Source of the DNA: a virus
Taxonomy: Duplodnaviria > Caudoviricetes
Strand: one strand, 5' to 3'
Length of the DNA stretch: 39,270 nt
Virus record (IMG/VR): IMGVR_UViG_3300011337_000487
Location: 1 to 39,270 of that record
The position numbers and the translations under genes were made by a program. Positions 7,259-16,356 of this stretch are shown piece by piece. The notes under the pieces were generated by a model, which saw only the letters and a list, made by a program, of their open reading frames with translations, had not been told where the DNA came from and did not search any database. The first letter of the stretch is position 1. Every line of letters begins with the position of its first letter.

Positions 7259-8895
7259 AGCGCGTCCTGTGCAATCGTGGTCGCCTTGCCCATGGCCTTG
7301 GTAATCAGTGCCATGGCCTCATCGTTGCTTATCACCCGTGGGGGTGGCGTACCCTGCCACGTTGCCCGGGTGCGTAGTCGTGACGGGGTCAGCGCCTTGA
7401 GCCGTGCGGTTAGTTGTTCGGGCTGGGGTACGTCGTACCAGGTATCACGGTTGCGGTATGACTTCTGCCCGATAAGTTTACGCCGTATTTGGCGCATGGC
7501 GTTCAGGTTGTCTTTAAGTGGTTGCATAGGTACCGGTGTCTGGGCAATCTCGGTGGGCGACGCGTCAATGGTGCTACTTGCCCCGATGCTGTCATCATCG
7601 GACACCGTGGCGCCCTGTGTGCTGTCGGTCGGCAAAAACTCTTTGGGCATATACCCGCCGTCCACCAAGACATTGAGCGCCTGTATCGGGGTGATGGTTT
7701 GGGTTTCGATGAGTGTCTTAAGCGCCCCGGCCCAGGCGGCGAGCGTGTCGGCTTTTTGCTTTTTGTCTTTGAAGTCGGCGGCGGCAAATGCGAACGTGGT
7801 TTGTGTGGGGAATACCCGGTGCGTGATTTCGTGACTAAACGCCCGGCGCCACGCCGCCAACCCGCGCCCGTCGGCACTCTCATCGAGGATGGTCGATTGG
7901 GTGCCGGTACCGAGCCCTTGGCCGCTCAGTGGTTGCACCTCCCCCACGAAGATACCCAGCGCATTGGCGTATCGCAAATACGCGTCTTTGCGTTCACTGT
8001 CAGCGTTGAACCCGTCGGGGATTTCGGCAAGTGGGATTGTTACCAGCGACGGCGTTTCGTTTTTCAACATGGGGATAATGGTTGACCCCTTGTAGACCAC
8101 AAACCCCTTTTGTTTGGTGCCGTTATCGCTTGACGTTAACGCGCCCTCCAACTGCTGGGAGCTAATCCCGTTCACGATGTGAATTGCGAGGTTGCGCGAC
8201 CCGCTGATTTTTTCGCGGATATACGTTTCCATCGCCGTCATTTTTAGAATCGTTTCCCATGCCCGCCGGGCGGCGCAAATGCCATACCCGCGAAACTCTA
8301 CCCGGCTTGACGGCATATCAGATAGCATAATGACATCGTCATAATTTAGCAGGTGGTGACGCCCAACGCTGTCGATATACACGAGCGGCCGTTCAGGATC
8401 ACCCGTACGATAGCACCGGATGCTGTCGAGGTGTCGGAGCCCGACAATACGCGACCCCGCCGCGCTTGATTGGCGTACAATCTCAATGAACGCCCCGTTA
8501 TCGGTGGTGAGGTAATCCCGCAGGTGCTTGCCCAGCCCTGACACATACGCGCTGTCGTAGTCGAGCATAAGTTGCTGGCATTGCTTGATACGCCGGGCGC
8601 TGTCGGCGGTATCGTTGATAGTGAACCCGAGCGCGGTTTGCTTACTGATTGCACTGTTGACCGCCGATGCCCACATGTTTTCAATCATGGGGGTTTCTGA
8701 CAAAATCACGTCGGCGTTCTTGGAGCCGTACGCCGGTAGCCCCGTGGCGCCCTTGACCCCGTCAAGCAACCCGGCGCTAAAGTATGACGACCACCCCGCC
8801 GGCCCCAAGAGTACCGTAACCGCGCCTTGTGCGTTCGCGGTAAGCGTATCGTCGGCGGTTACAGATTTCTTGATTACGTCGGCTATGTCAGTCAT
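7255..8895 (-). CDS. Portal protein
   Basis: 546 aa directly after TerL. Has a DYLTTDNGAFIEIVR...LRHLDS segment typical of portals and a low-complexity C-terminal extension. Confidence 0.8.
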   Translation of the reverse strand: MTDIADVIKKSVTADDTLTANAQGAVTVLLGPAGWSSYFSAGLLDGVKGATGLPAYGSKNADVILSETPMIENMWASAVNSAISKQTALGFTINDTADSARRIKQCQQLMLDYDSAYVSGLGKHLRDYLTTDNGAFIEIVRQSSAAGSRIVGLRHLDSIRCYRTGDPERPLVYIDSVGRHHLLNYDDVIMLSDMPSSRVEFRGYGICAARRAWETILKMTAMETYIREKISGSRNLAIHIVNGISSQQLEGALTSSDNGTKQKGFVVYKGSTIIPMLKNETPSLVTIPLAEIPDGFNADSERKDAYLRYANALGIFVGEVQPLSGQGLGTGTQSTILDESADGRGLAAWRRAFSHEITHRVFPTQTTFAFAAADFKDKKQKADTLAAWAGALKTLIETQTITPIQALNVLVDGGYMPKEFLPTDSTQGATVSDDDSIGASSTIDASPTEIAQTPVPMQPLKDNLNAMRQIRRKLIGQKSYRNRDTWYDVPQPEQLTARLKALTPSRLRTRATWQGTPPPRVISNDEAMALITKAMGKATTIAQDAL

Positions 8896-8902
8896 AAGTA
8901 CC

Positions 8903-10222
8903 TCAATATAGATTCAATTCCAGCGCCCGATATGCGGCCATGGATAACGCCACGGCGGCGTCAATTTTTAGGTGTGATTGGCGTTTGACGATACGCAACT
9001 TGTGCCCGGTATCGTCAATCTTTGCATCGGCGTTCATGAGATGCTCGCGGAGCGTGGTCATACTGCCATCATGCCCGATACCCCGTTGAATAATCAATGT
9101 GCGGAGCTGTGCATCTGATTCAAGGCGCATGGCGCTCTGATTGAACGGGTCACACCATACCACATCAGTTAGCCGTTGTGCGAGGTAGTGGAGCTGGTAC
9201 GGGTCATACGCCACTTGTATTACATTATACCGTTCTATCAAATCACGCAATACCAATTCTATTTGTGTGAAGTCGATACTACTATCGCCATTTGGCACCC
9301 ATACGCGCTCATAGCGTACTAGTAGCCCCGTATCGTCACGCGGGTTACGTGATACCCCAATCAGCGCAAACGTGTCGCCATTAATCGCCGCGTCAAGGGC
9401 TATTACCATCGGCTGGCGCCCGTCAAGTGGTGGCACGTCGGTGATACACCCGTCCCACATGGCAATGGACGGGAGGAACGCTTCAGGGCCGTCATCATAC
9501 ACCCATTCACCCATACGCAATCGGCTATACCGCGGGCCGGTCAGTGCGTCCAGCGTGTCAAGCGTCCGTCGCCCCTGTGGCGTCCAATCACTTCCATCGT
9601 GGAGTGTGGGGTTATCCTCGTGGCGTGAGGTGAGCATCGTCAGCGCCCCGCTACTTGCCCGGGATAATATCCAATGTTCGGGGTCATCGGGGTTGCAATC
9701 CCCAAACAGCATGGGGTGTGGGGTTACGGCACCACGTCCGGTCGTGCGGGTGGTGAGTGTTTCCCAATCATCGGCGGTGAGTTCCTCGGCTTGATTTACG
9801 TAGATGTAATCACGTTCGCCTGACAGGATTTTTGCGGCGTTATCCAGCCCACCCACATACACGCGTGATCCGTTGGGGTATACATACAGTGACGATTTGG
9901 TACCCCCGTATGTTTTGGGTTGCATTGTACCGTACTGTATCACCCGCTCCCACGTGTCGAGCGCCGTACCATACAGACTTGCCCGCACCTTGCGCAGTAT
10001 GGTAGCCCGTGCGCCTGGGTACGTGGCAAGGAGGGTATGCAGGCGATACAGTGTCGCAAATGTTTTGCCGGTTTCACTTGGGCCCGCTACAATCCACTCT
10101 TTGGCCGTGAGTGATTGCACGGCAAGCGCCGCCCCCCGAAATGCAGGCATACGAAGCGCACCGGCTCGACGTCGGCGCTCTAACTCTAACTGCATTAGCA
10201 TAACAGGGCTGGTGGTGGTCAT
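8903..10222 (-). CDS. terL: Terminase large subunit
   Basis: Walker A-like GPSETGKT, YPNGSRVYVGGLD, coupling motif DCNPDDPEHW and DNP. Nuclease domain with ALDAA...D, YDPYQ and KIDAAVALSMA. Confidence 0.93.
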   Translation of the reverse strand: MTTTSPVMLMQLELERRRRAGALRMPAFRGAALAVQSLTAKEWIVAGPSETGKTFATLYRLHTLLATYPGARATILRKVRASLYGTALDTWERVIQYGTMQPKTYGGTKSSLYVYPNGSRVYVGGLDNAAKILSGERDYIYVNQAEELTADDWETLTTRTTGRGAVTPHPMLFGDCNPDDPEHWILSRASSGALTMLTSRHEDNPTLHDGSDWTPQGRRTLDTLDALTGPRYSRLRMGEWVYDDGPEAFLPSIAMWDGCITDVPPLDGRQPMVIALDAAINGDTFALIGVSRNPRDDTGLLVRYERVWVPNGDSSIDFTQIELVLRDLIERYNVIQVAYDPYQLHYLAQRLTDVVWCDPFNQSAMRLESDAQLRTLIIQRGIGHDGSMTTLREHLMNADAKIDDTGHKLRIVKRQSHLKIDAAVALSMAAYRALELNLY

Positions 10223-11658
10223 AGGCTTGTTAGCGGTGTTTCAACCGCATAATGGGCGATGCGCTTCTGTGCAATCGCCACGTACTCCGGCGTGATATCA
10301 ATGCCGACAAAGTCACACCCCTCGAGTACACTAGCGCACCCGGTGCTACCACTGCCCATAAACGGGTCTAACACTTTGCCGCCCTTAGGCGTGACCATGC
10401 GTACTAAGTAGCGCATGAGGGCGAGGGGTTTAACGGTGGGGTGATGATTGGCACGGGGTTGTGTAATTGCGCCAAGGAATCCATCCCTGCCATCCATTAC
10501 ACCTGCCGATTGCCACTCTTCGTAATACAACCCCGCCTCCCGCTCCGCTTTCGACGCTTTGGCGACGTAGAAAAAGCGTGACGGCTCACCAAGTAAAAGC
10601 GCCGCCTCTTCGTCGAGGATGACGTTGGCGGGCAAGCGACCGCCTGTTGGCTTGTTTGCACTAATGTCTACTGCGTGCGTACCGCTTACCGAAGACTTGC
10701 CCGTGTCAAACGTCGCACTACCCTTGCTGATGTTTGTACGCACTGGTGTATCCCACGCTTTTTCGTAGCCATCAAACGCTTCAAACCTCGTGCCGTCGAT
10801 GTTTAGCGCACCGACACCCCACGCCCGGAAATTGTCTGCCACCGTGCCACAAAGTGGCTTCCGTGCGAGGACGGCGGGTTCGTGCGCTGGTTTGAGCGCC
10901 GTGCCCCAGCCCTGCCATTGCTTTGCGAGGTCGGTGGCGGGGGCGGTGAGGTCCCATGTTTTATATATTGTTTTGCCATTAGATGGCAAAGCAATTTTTG
11001 TACCTGTACTCCGTGCTTTTTGCCCCGTCACCTCCCGCTGTCCCCACGCCTCGCCCGGCCGACCTTTGGGTCCATTCAATGTCCAAATCAGCGTCCGCAC
11101 GTCGTCGGGCACGTCATCCAACGTTAAGCCGAAGAGGTCAAGCAGTACGGGTATCTGGTCAAGCGTTGGCACCGATGGCTGTGACGCTTGCGACGTCCAA
11201 TGCCCTGCCATGCCATTGAATTCGAACGCCTTGTCGATGTCGGCGTTACTCAGTCCGGCATTGTCACGGGCTTGGCGAATCCACGCCGTGACCTCCAGTG
11301 TCTGCGCTCGGTTGTGGCGTTGCTTATCCATCGCCTTGCTCACGTCGAGCGACTTAGGGAATCCGCTTCCATAAATCCACTGTATTTGGTCCCGTATCTC
11401 AAAGCCGGCATCTTCGATAGCCACGGCGAGGCGGTGGTACGTCCGTGAGCCACCAAACGCAATCAGATGCCCGCCTGGCTTAAGCACACGATAGCACTGT
11501 TGCCACACCGTCACATCGTAGGCAATGCCCGAGTTATCCCACGCTTTACCCATGAAGCCGAGTTCATACGGCGGATCGCACACGATGGCGTCGATGCTTG
11601 CATCGTCAAGCGTGGCGAGGACGGTGCGACAATCGCCGAGGTGTAGGGTGTGGGTCAT
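10219..11658 (-). CDS. N4/N6 DNA methyltransferase (beta class) with an internal HTH insertion
   Basis: DPPY catalytic motif near the N-terminus, plus HPTVKP and VLDPFMGSGST SAM-binding motif near the C-terminus. Confidence 0.92.
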   Translation of the reverse strand: MTHTLHLGDCRTVLATLDDASIDAIVCDPPYELGFMGKAWDNSGIAYDVTVWQQCYRVLKPGGHLIAFGGSRTYHRLAVAIEDAGFEIRDQIQWIYGSGFPKSLDVSKAMDKQRHNRAQTLEVTAWIRQARDNAGLSNADIDKAFEFNGMAGHWTSQASQPSVPTLDQIPVLLDLFGLTLDDVPDDVRTLIWTLNGPKGRPGEAWGQREVTGQKARSTGTKIALPSNGKTIYKTWDLTAPATDLAKQWQGWGTALKPAHEPAVLARKPLCGTVADNFRAWGVGALNIDGTRFEAFDGYEKAWDTPVRTNISKGSATFDTGKSSVSGTHAVDISANKPTGGRLPANVILDEEAALLLGEPSRFFYVAKASKAEREAGLYYEEWQSAGVMDGRDGFLGAITQPRANHHPTVKPLALMRYLVRMVTPKGGKVLDPFMGSGSTGCASVLEGCDFVGIDITPEYVAIAQKRIAHYAVETPLTSL

Positions 11659-11861
11659 ATCGTCTCCTTCACCTTGCGCATCATCGCCACTCGCTCCATC
11701 TCATCCATGTGTGGGTGATGCCTAACCTCGCAGTATGCCATGCGCTTCCCGAGATTGTCAGCGTACTGCAAAATTAGCAGGCTCCCCTTTGCGATGGTGT
11801 CGTCGGGAATAAACTTTACAAATTTTCCATTGTCCTCAATGAATTGCGGTTCGTCATTCAT
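11655..11861 (-). CDS. Hypothetical protein
   Basis: 68 aa, overlap-coupled to both neighbours. Confidence 0.65.
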   Translation of the reverse strand: MNDEPQFIEDNGKFVKFIPDDTIAKGSLLILQYADNLGKRMAYCEVRHHPHMDEMERVAMMRKVKETI

Positions 11862-12333
11862 CGTCTACATCGCTTTCCATATGGATGCTTTCCCATATCC
11901 ACTGCTTAAAATGTGCAAGATTTGGGGGGATGACTGCCGAATACCACGGCGATGTGTACTGATTGTCAATTGCATACGAATCATCACCGGCATAGTACCG
12001 CCAGCATGTACCATCCTCGGCACGGTGCACGTAAAAAATGACGGTGCCTGCATGGTACTTTTTTGCCGTATCCTTGATAGTGCGAAAAAACTCTTTACCA
12101 TGCTGTGCGAGATACCATGCCGACATCTGCTGATCGGCGGCAATGCACTTTGTGACGTCAATTCCGTAAGCACTCGAATATCGTGTAACCGTTTGGCCGT
12201 TGATTTGCATACCATCACGTTTTATCGTCACGTGATACGCCACGCCGTTGACCTCTACGGTGCCAAGTAATCCGCCTTTGCCGTCTGGGTGCATCACTAA
12301 TTCGTTGTCGAATATGTAGTACTTGTGCGTCAT
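11854..12333 (-). CDS. Hypothetical protein
   Basis: 159 aa, ATGA-coupled to dcd. Confidence 0.65.
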   Translation of the reverse strand: MTHKYYIFDNELVMHPDGKGGLLGTVEVNGVAYHVTIKRDGMQINGQTVTRYSSAYGIDVTKCIAADQQMSAWYLAQHGKEFFRTIKDTAKKYHAGTVIFYVHRAEDGTCWRYYAGDDSYAIDNQYTSPWYSAVIPPNLAHFKQWIWESIHMESDVDDE

Positions 12334-12881
12334 CGTTCCACCTTTGGCAACGTGACACCCCGTTGCCCCTGATACTTGCCGCCTTTATCCGCATAGCTCG
12401 TTTCGCACGGTCGGCCACGAAAAAAGAGTACTTGTGCAATACCTTCATTGGCGTATACACGGATAGGGAGTGATGCGGTATTACTCAATTCGATGGTGAC
12501 GTGTCCTTCCCAGCCCGGCTCTAATGGCGTGCAATTCACCACCAGCCCACAGCGGGCATACGTGGATTTGCCCACCACCACGCACAGCACATCGGCAGGG
12601 ATGCGGAAGTACTCATACGACCGACACAGTACAAACCCGCCCGCTTCGATAACAATGCTATCACTAATGACGGGGTGCATAAGGTCGGCAAGGTTTTTTT
12701 GTTTGGGGTCAATAATTCCCGTATCGGTACCGCATACTGTCCACTCATCGGTACAGCGCATATCATATCCGTATGAGGTGACGCCGTAACTAATCACCCC
12801 GTTGCGTACCTGATACAATGCCGCATCATCAATCATGCCGTGGGCGATACACTCGCGAATCTCGGTGTCTGACAAAATCAT
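12330..12881 (-). CDS. dcd: dCTP deaminase
   Basis: [48 protein letters not shown] and [18 protein letters not shown]. Confidence 0.93.
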   Translation of the reverse strand: MILSDTEIRECIAHGMIDDAALYQVRNGVISYGVTSYGYDMRCTDEWTVCGTDTGIIDPKQKNLADLMHPVISDSIVIEAGGFVLCRSYEYFRIPADVLCVVVGKSTYARCGLVVNCTPLEPGWEGHVTIELSNTASLPIRVYANEGIAQVLFFRGRPCETSYADKGGKYQGQRGVTLPKVER

Positions 12882-12887
12882 TGCTCA

Positions 12888-13319
12888 TTATCCTTTAGAA
12901 AATTGCTCAATCATCCGCTGTAAATCGCTGTCACTCATGGCCGCTAACTCATCGGGGGTTAGCGTGACGTTTACTTGCTTAGTCGCCACGGGGGTATCAA
13001 GCCCTAACAGCTTTGCTCGCCGTTCCATGATTTTAAGTACCGTTTCGATTGCCCGCCGATCACCCATAGCGGCTTGCTCCCACATCACCCGTTGGAGGTC
13101 ATCAAGCCGCGCGGCCTCGATTGCCATGATTTGGGTATGATGTTCGCGGGCTTCGTCAATAAATGTTTTGATGGCGGCTTGCACATCACGGTACACCAGA
13201 CTATGAGCAACCCCCAATTCAAGCGCAATGTCACGATACGATAACCCGGCCTTGCGTAGGGCAAATGCCCGGGCGGCGCGTTCAGTGCGGGCTGGTGATT
13301 TAGGATTGCTCATGTTCAC
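12888..13319 (-). CDS. Terminase small subunit-like HTH protein
   Basis: N-terminal HTH (LRKAGLSYRDIALELGV) and the MERRAKLLGLD motif typical of putative TerS. Upstream of TerL. Confidence 0.7.
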   Translation of the reverse strand: MNMSNPKSPARTERAARAFALRKAGLSYRDIALELGVAHSLVYRDVQAAIKTFIDEAREHHTQIMAIEAARLDDLQRVMWEQAAMGDRRAIETVLKIMERRAKLLGLDTPVATKQVNVTLTPDELAAMSDSDLQRMIEQFSKG

Positions 13320-13867
13320 TCCCTATGGCGTTCACTTACTCCATACGTGGCAAATGCGTACACGTCACCATGGTCATCACTCGCATGTACTTCACACTCT
13401 AATATTATAATATATGCCGGTGGTTCCATAAGTAACTCGCGTAACGTCCGAGGCCATACGTTATAATAATATTCGCCGGGCTTCAGTTCGGGCGCCCCGT
13501 CGGCGCTGTGCGTTTGGCGACTGGGGCCGGCGCATGTTATGACCACTTTGCAGGTGTCGTGCATAAATTGCCACATAGCCCCGATGATGCTCGCCGGGTC
13601 TACGTGTTCGAGTACCTCAGTACAGATGATGGTATGAAACCGCTCACGCAGGTAGTAATCTTGTGACGGGTCGGTGATACCCCGAATATCAACCACGTAA
13701 TCCACATTGGGGCCGGGTACAATATCCACCCCGACGTATGGTTTGAGGTCGCCCCATAGCTCACGGGCTGAGCCGTTGATATTGATACTGCCAATCTCTA
13801 ACACGGGCCCCTCGAAGTAATTCCCGCGCCGTATCTTTTTCAGATAGTTCATTGCACTATCGTGCAT
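13316..13867 (-). CDS. Class I SAM-dependent methyltransferase (non-DNA type)
   Basis: VLEIGSININGS, YVGVD..PGPNVD and IICTEVLEH. The start could be 13867 or 13885. Confidence 0.8.
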   Translation of the reverse strand: MHDSAMNYLKKIRRGNYFEGPVLEIGSININGSARELWGDLKPYVGVDIVPGPNVDYVVDIRGITDPSQDYYLRERFHTIICTEVLEHVDPASIIGAMWQFMHDTCKVVITCAGPSRQTHSADGAPELKPGEYYYNVWPRTLRELLMEPPAYIIILECEVHASDDHGDVYAFATYGVSERHRE

Positions 13868-14417
13868 AGCGGTACCCCCAATCATCTAACGCCAGCACCT
13901 GCCGGCGTACGTGGTCAAGATTGATAGCCGTGCCTGGGCATGTCTTGGGGCTGTTACAATCGCGGTGCCCCTTGAGGGTCTTGGGGGTGGTGTCAAGTTC
14001 GCGCCAATCAAACAACGCCCGTACGGCATGGGTAACGAGTGACTGGGTTGCATCTGGCCATGGCGTTTTATCATAATCGCCAACCACCTCAATACCCCAC
14101 GTCGTAGGATTGCACACCGTGGCATGCACCCCACGCAGATTTAACGGGGTGAGTTGGAATATTCCATCATCGGCGGGATTGGGTGCCCCCGCACAAATAA
14201 ACAAGTGCGGCCCCGCTGTCCAACCCTTGGCAATGTAGAACCGTTTCAGCGACTCAACACTTGCAACACCCCGCCAATCGGATTGTACGGGCTTCCACGT
14301 GTGATGGATTACCGCGCCACCCACCCAATTACAGATACGCCGATCATGCTGAAATAAGTGCTCTCGGAACGCTTGCCACGTAGGCCACTGTCGTATGTCG
14401 GCATTAAAGTAGCTCAT
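13857..14417 (-). CDS. Endolysin, N-acetylmuramoyl-L-alanine amidase (Amidase_2-like)
   Basis: VIHHTW, GVHA, WGIEVVGDY and GHRD...KTCPG Zn-amidase motifs. Start set at ATG 14417 (ATGA overlap with the holin). Confidence 0.88.
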   Translation of the reverse strand: MSYFNADIRQWPTWQAFREHLFQHDRRICNWVGGAVIHHTWKPVQSDWRGVASVESLKRFYIAKGWTAGPHLFICAGAPNPADDGIFQLTPLNLRGVHATVCNPTTWGIEVVGDYDKTPWPDATQSLVTHAVRALFDWRELDTTPKTLKGHRDCNSPKTCPGTAINLDHVRRQVLALDDWGYRYAR

Positions 14418-14695
14418 GAGCCAACACGTTTTTGTAATTCGGTTACCCCAATCGCCTGCCCGGCCGCCAAAATGCCGATGATGATTTGCTGGGCGCTTGA
14501 TTGTATGGTGAGTACGCCACCCGCCGCCAAAAACAACAACCCCGCCGCAATAAACCCCAGCAACACGGCCGCTATTGGCCATACCCATGACGGGGTGGCG
14601 TTGCCGTTGCGGACGTTGTAATACTTGAACAAATCAATAATGATTTTTACAATCATTGACGCCGCCATTGAGTCGGTAATCGTTTGCGTAGTCAT
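14414..14695 (-). CDS. Putative holin
   Basis: 93 aa with 2-3 hydrophobic segments, directly upstream of the endolysin. Start set at 14695. Confidence 0.7.
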   Translation of the reverse strand: MTTQTITDSMAASMIVKIIIDLFKYYNVRNGNATPSWVWPIAAVLLGFIAAGLLFLAAGGVLTIQSSAQQIIIGILAAGQAIGVTELQKRVGS

Positions 14696-14934
14696 GGCCT
14701 TGCCGTCCCTTCGCTTATCATCTTGAACACGTATGGAAGTAGTGCCGATATGGCACCAGTAGCGCCCGCAATCATCCACATTTTTCGCTCGACCTCGTAC
14801 AATTTGGTTTTAATCTCACTGATTTCCGCCTTATTGTCATTGAGTAATTCATCAACCCGCTTAGTGAGGTGTTGCACGGTTACCCGCAATTCAACCAACA
14901 TTTCGCGCATCTCACGGATATCATTTTCATTCAT
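14692..14934 (-). CDS. Coiled-coil membrane protein (XhlA-like lysis accessory)
   Basis: Coiled coil followed by a C-terminal TM segment (MWMIAGATGAISALLPYVF). First gene of the lysis cassette. Confidence 0.55.
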   Translation of the reverse strand: MNENDIREMREMLVELRVTVQHLTKRVDELLNDNKAEISEIKTKLYEVERKMWMIAGATGAISALLPYVFKMISEGTARP

Positions 14935-14972
14935 TGCGGCCCCGCGCTAATCACATCTTATGATGAGTATAC

Positions 14973-15014
14973 CAAACACCCCCAACACATTCTAGACGGT
15001 GTTGGGGGTGTTTG
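14973..15014 (-). terminator. 16-bp perfect hairpin ahead of the late/lysis genes
   Basis: CAAACACCCCCAACAC-N10-GTGTTGGGGGTGTTTG. The U tract is weak, so terminator function is uncertain. Confidence 0.55.
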
Positions 15015-15074
15015 ATAGTTATTAGGATAGTTCCCGTGTTTTGGTACCAGACGCATCGCCAACAACACGCGATG

Positions 15075-15083
15075 ATTATATCA
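15075..15083 (-). promoter_or_regulatory. Extended -10 promoter (candidate late promoter)
   Basis: TGaTATAAT on the minus strand immediately after the stop of the last middle gene. There is no well-spaced -35. Confidence 0.55.
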
Positions 15084-15260
15084 TTACTTTCGCTTGGTCG
15101 CCTCAATAGCGGCATCCCATCCCCGGGCGAATTCCTCGACCATCATCTCGTGATGCCATTGTGCAATTTTGCGCTCGTACCAGTACCAACACTGGGTTAT
15201 GGTGACGGCGATAACCATAATCATTGCCGTGATAGCCAACCCTACAAGAATCGTGCTCAT
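15084..15260 (-). CDS. Small membrane protein
   Basis: MSTILVGLAITAMIMVIAV... with an N-terminal TM segment. The start at 15260 is ATGA-coupled and has an SD GGAGG. Confidence 0.65.
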   Translation of the reverse strand: MSTILVGLAITAMIMVIAVTITQCWYWYERKIAQWHHEMMVEEFARGWDAAIEATKRK

Positions 15261-15412
15261 ATCTGCAACCTCCATAACGCAATCAATACCACTACTACTG
15301 CGATTATCCATCCTCGCACGTGCCAAATGGTGCCGTACCATATTGACCATACAAACGCAAACCAAAACGTTATCGCAAGTACAAACCCGCCAAACATTGC
15401 AAATATACTCAT
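15257..15412 (-). CDS. 51-aa two-TM membrane protein (not in the ORF track)
   Basis: MSIFAMFGGFVLAITFWFAFVWSIWYGTIWHVRGWIIAVVVVLIALWRLQI, with ATGA overlaps at both ends. Confidence 0.7.
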   Translation of the reverse strand: MSIFAMFGGFVLAITFWFAFVWSIWYGTIWHVRGWIIAVVVVLIALWRLQI

Positions 15413-15768
15413 TCAAAAAACCCTTCCCATGCCTGAAGAATCAACGGCTTAATTTGCGCATCAATGGTTTGTTCTTTGTTGAGCCAATCCACCCATTTGG
15501 CAATCTCCAATTTTAATAATTCATCTGGGTTGGGGAGTTCTAATACATTGGCGTGATACGCAAACCGAAAATTGCATTTAATGTTGTACCCATGGCCCCA
15601 TGATGTGGTTAATGTGACATTCGCCACTTCATGGCCAAACTCATTCACAGGATAACGATTAAGTATAGCCAATTCCGCATGTACTGATTTGTTGTTTGAA
15701 AATGAGTATACGTGATGCATCAAATACAACACACGAAACAATACTGATTTAGTGTAATCATTGCTCAT
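15409..15768 (-). CDS. Hypothetical protein (AT-richer than its flanks)
   Basis: Start MSNDYTK at 15768, after an SD AGGAG. Confidence 0.6.
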   Translation of the reverse strand: MSNDYTKSVLFRVLYLMHHVYSFSNNKSVHAELAILNRYPVNEFGHEVANVTLTTSWGHGYNIKCNFRFAYHANVLELPNPDELLKLEIAKWVDWLNKEQTIDAQIKPLILQAWEGFFE

Positions 15769-15779
15769 TATTACCGCTC

Positions 15780-15950
15780 CTATTGATGAATTGTTGGCGT
15801 GGTGGTGTTGACTGATGGTACTGCTGACGGCATGGTGATTTGTGGGGCGGCGGGTGGTGGCGTGGTTGGTATGGCACGGCAAATTATCACCAGTGCATAG
15901 GCGCCAACAAGTGCCAAAATCAGCTTACTTCGTGGGGTGAGGTACTTCAT
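15780..15950 (-). CDS. Small membrane-anchored Pro/Thr-rich protein
   Basis: MKYLTPRSKLILALVGAYALVIIC...PTTPPPAAP, SD AGGAG. Confidence 0.6.
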   Translation of the reverse strand: MKYLTPRSKLILALVGAYALVIICRAIPTTPPPAAPQITMPSAVPSVNTTTPTIHQ

Positions 15951-16129
15951 ACTTGCTCCTGAATCCACAGCATAGCGGCGGCATAGGTGAGGGTTGACAA
16001 TCGTTTGGTGCGGTACTTGTCGATCAGTACTTGGTACCGTATCACGGCCTGATACCCATACTCAAGTTCTTAGATAGACCACTCGGTACTGCTGGTGGTG
16101 CCACGAGTAAGGAGGTTACGTTGTTTCAT
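15947..16129 (-). pseudogene. 60-codon gene interrupted by an in-frame TAA
   Basis: MKQRNLLTRGTTSSTEWSI*ELEYGYQAVIRYQVLIDKYRTKRLSTLTYAAAMLWIQEQV. ATGA overlaps at both ends; the internal TAA is at 16070-16072. Confidence 0.6.
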
Positions 16130-16356
16130 CGCATCACCGCCTTTTCTTTTAGTATTGATATCGCCCAGCCTTTGGCTATTTTCCGGGTAGGGTGAAACTT
16201 GCATGCTGTCAATTTATCGCCATTCCATATCATGCATTCATGTGAATCCGCCTCTTCACTGTGGCGTATGGTGACACGGTGTTGCGGCGCGCCAACAACC
16301 TCGTAGATGAAATACCCGAATAAATCTGTGCGCATGTATTGTAGTTTTAGTCTCAT
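16126..16356 (-). CDS. Hypothetical protein
   Basis: 76 aa, ATGA-coupled. Confidence 0.65.
   Translation of the reverse strand: MRLKLQYMRTDLFGYFIYEVVGAPQHRVTIRHSEEADSHECMIWNGDKLTACKFHPTRKIAKGWAISILKEKAVMR

Noticed and set aside
13857-14588. 243-aa version of the endolysin
   Set aside because: The extra N-terminus overlaps the holin in another frame. The coupled ATG at 14417 is more plausible.
15084-15416. 110-aa Cys-rich ORF as given in the ORF track
   Set aside because: The region is better explained by two ATGA-coupled membrane-protein genes, 15257-15412 and 15084-15260.
16070-16072. Stop-codon reassignment
   Set aside because: This is a single case. All three stops terminate conserved genes and coding density is high under code 11.
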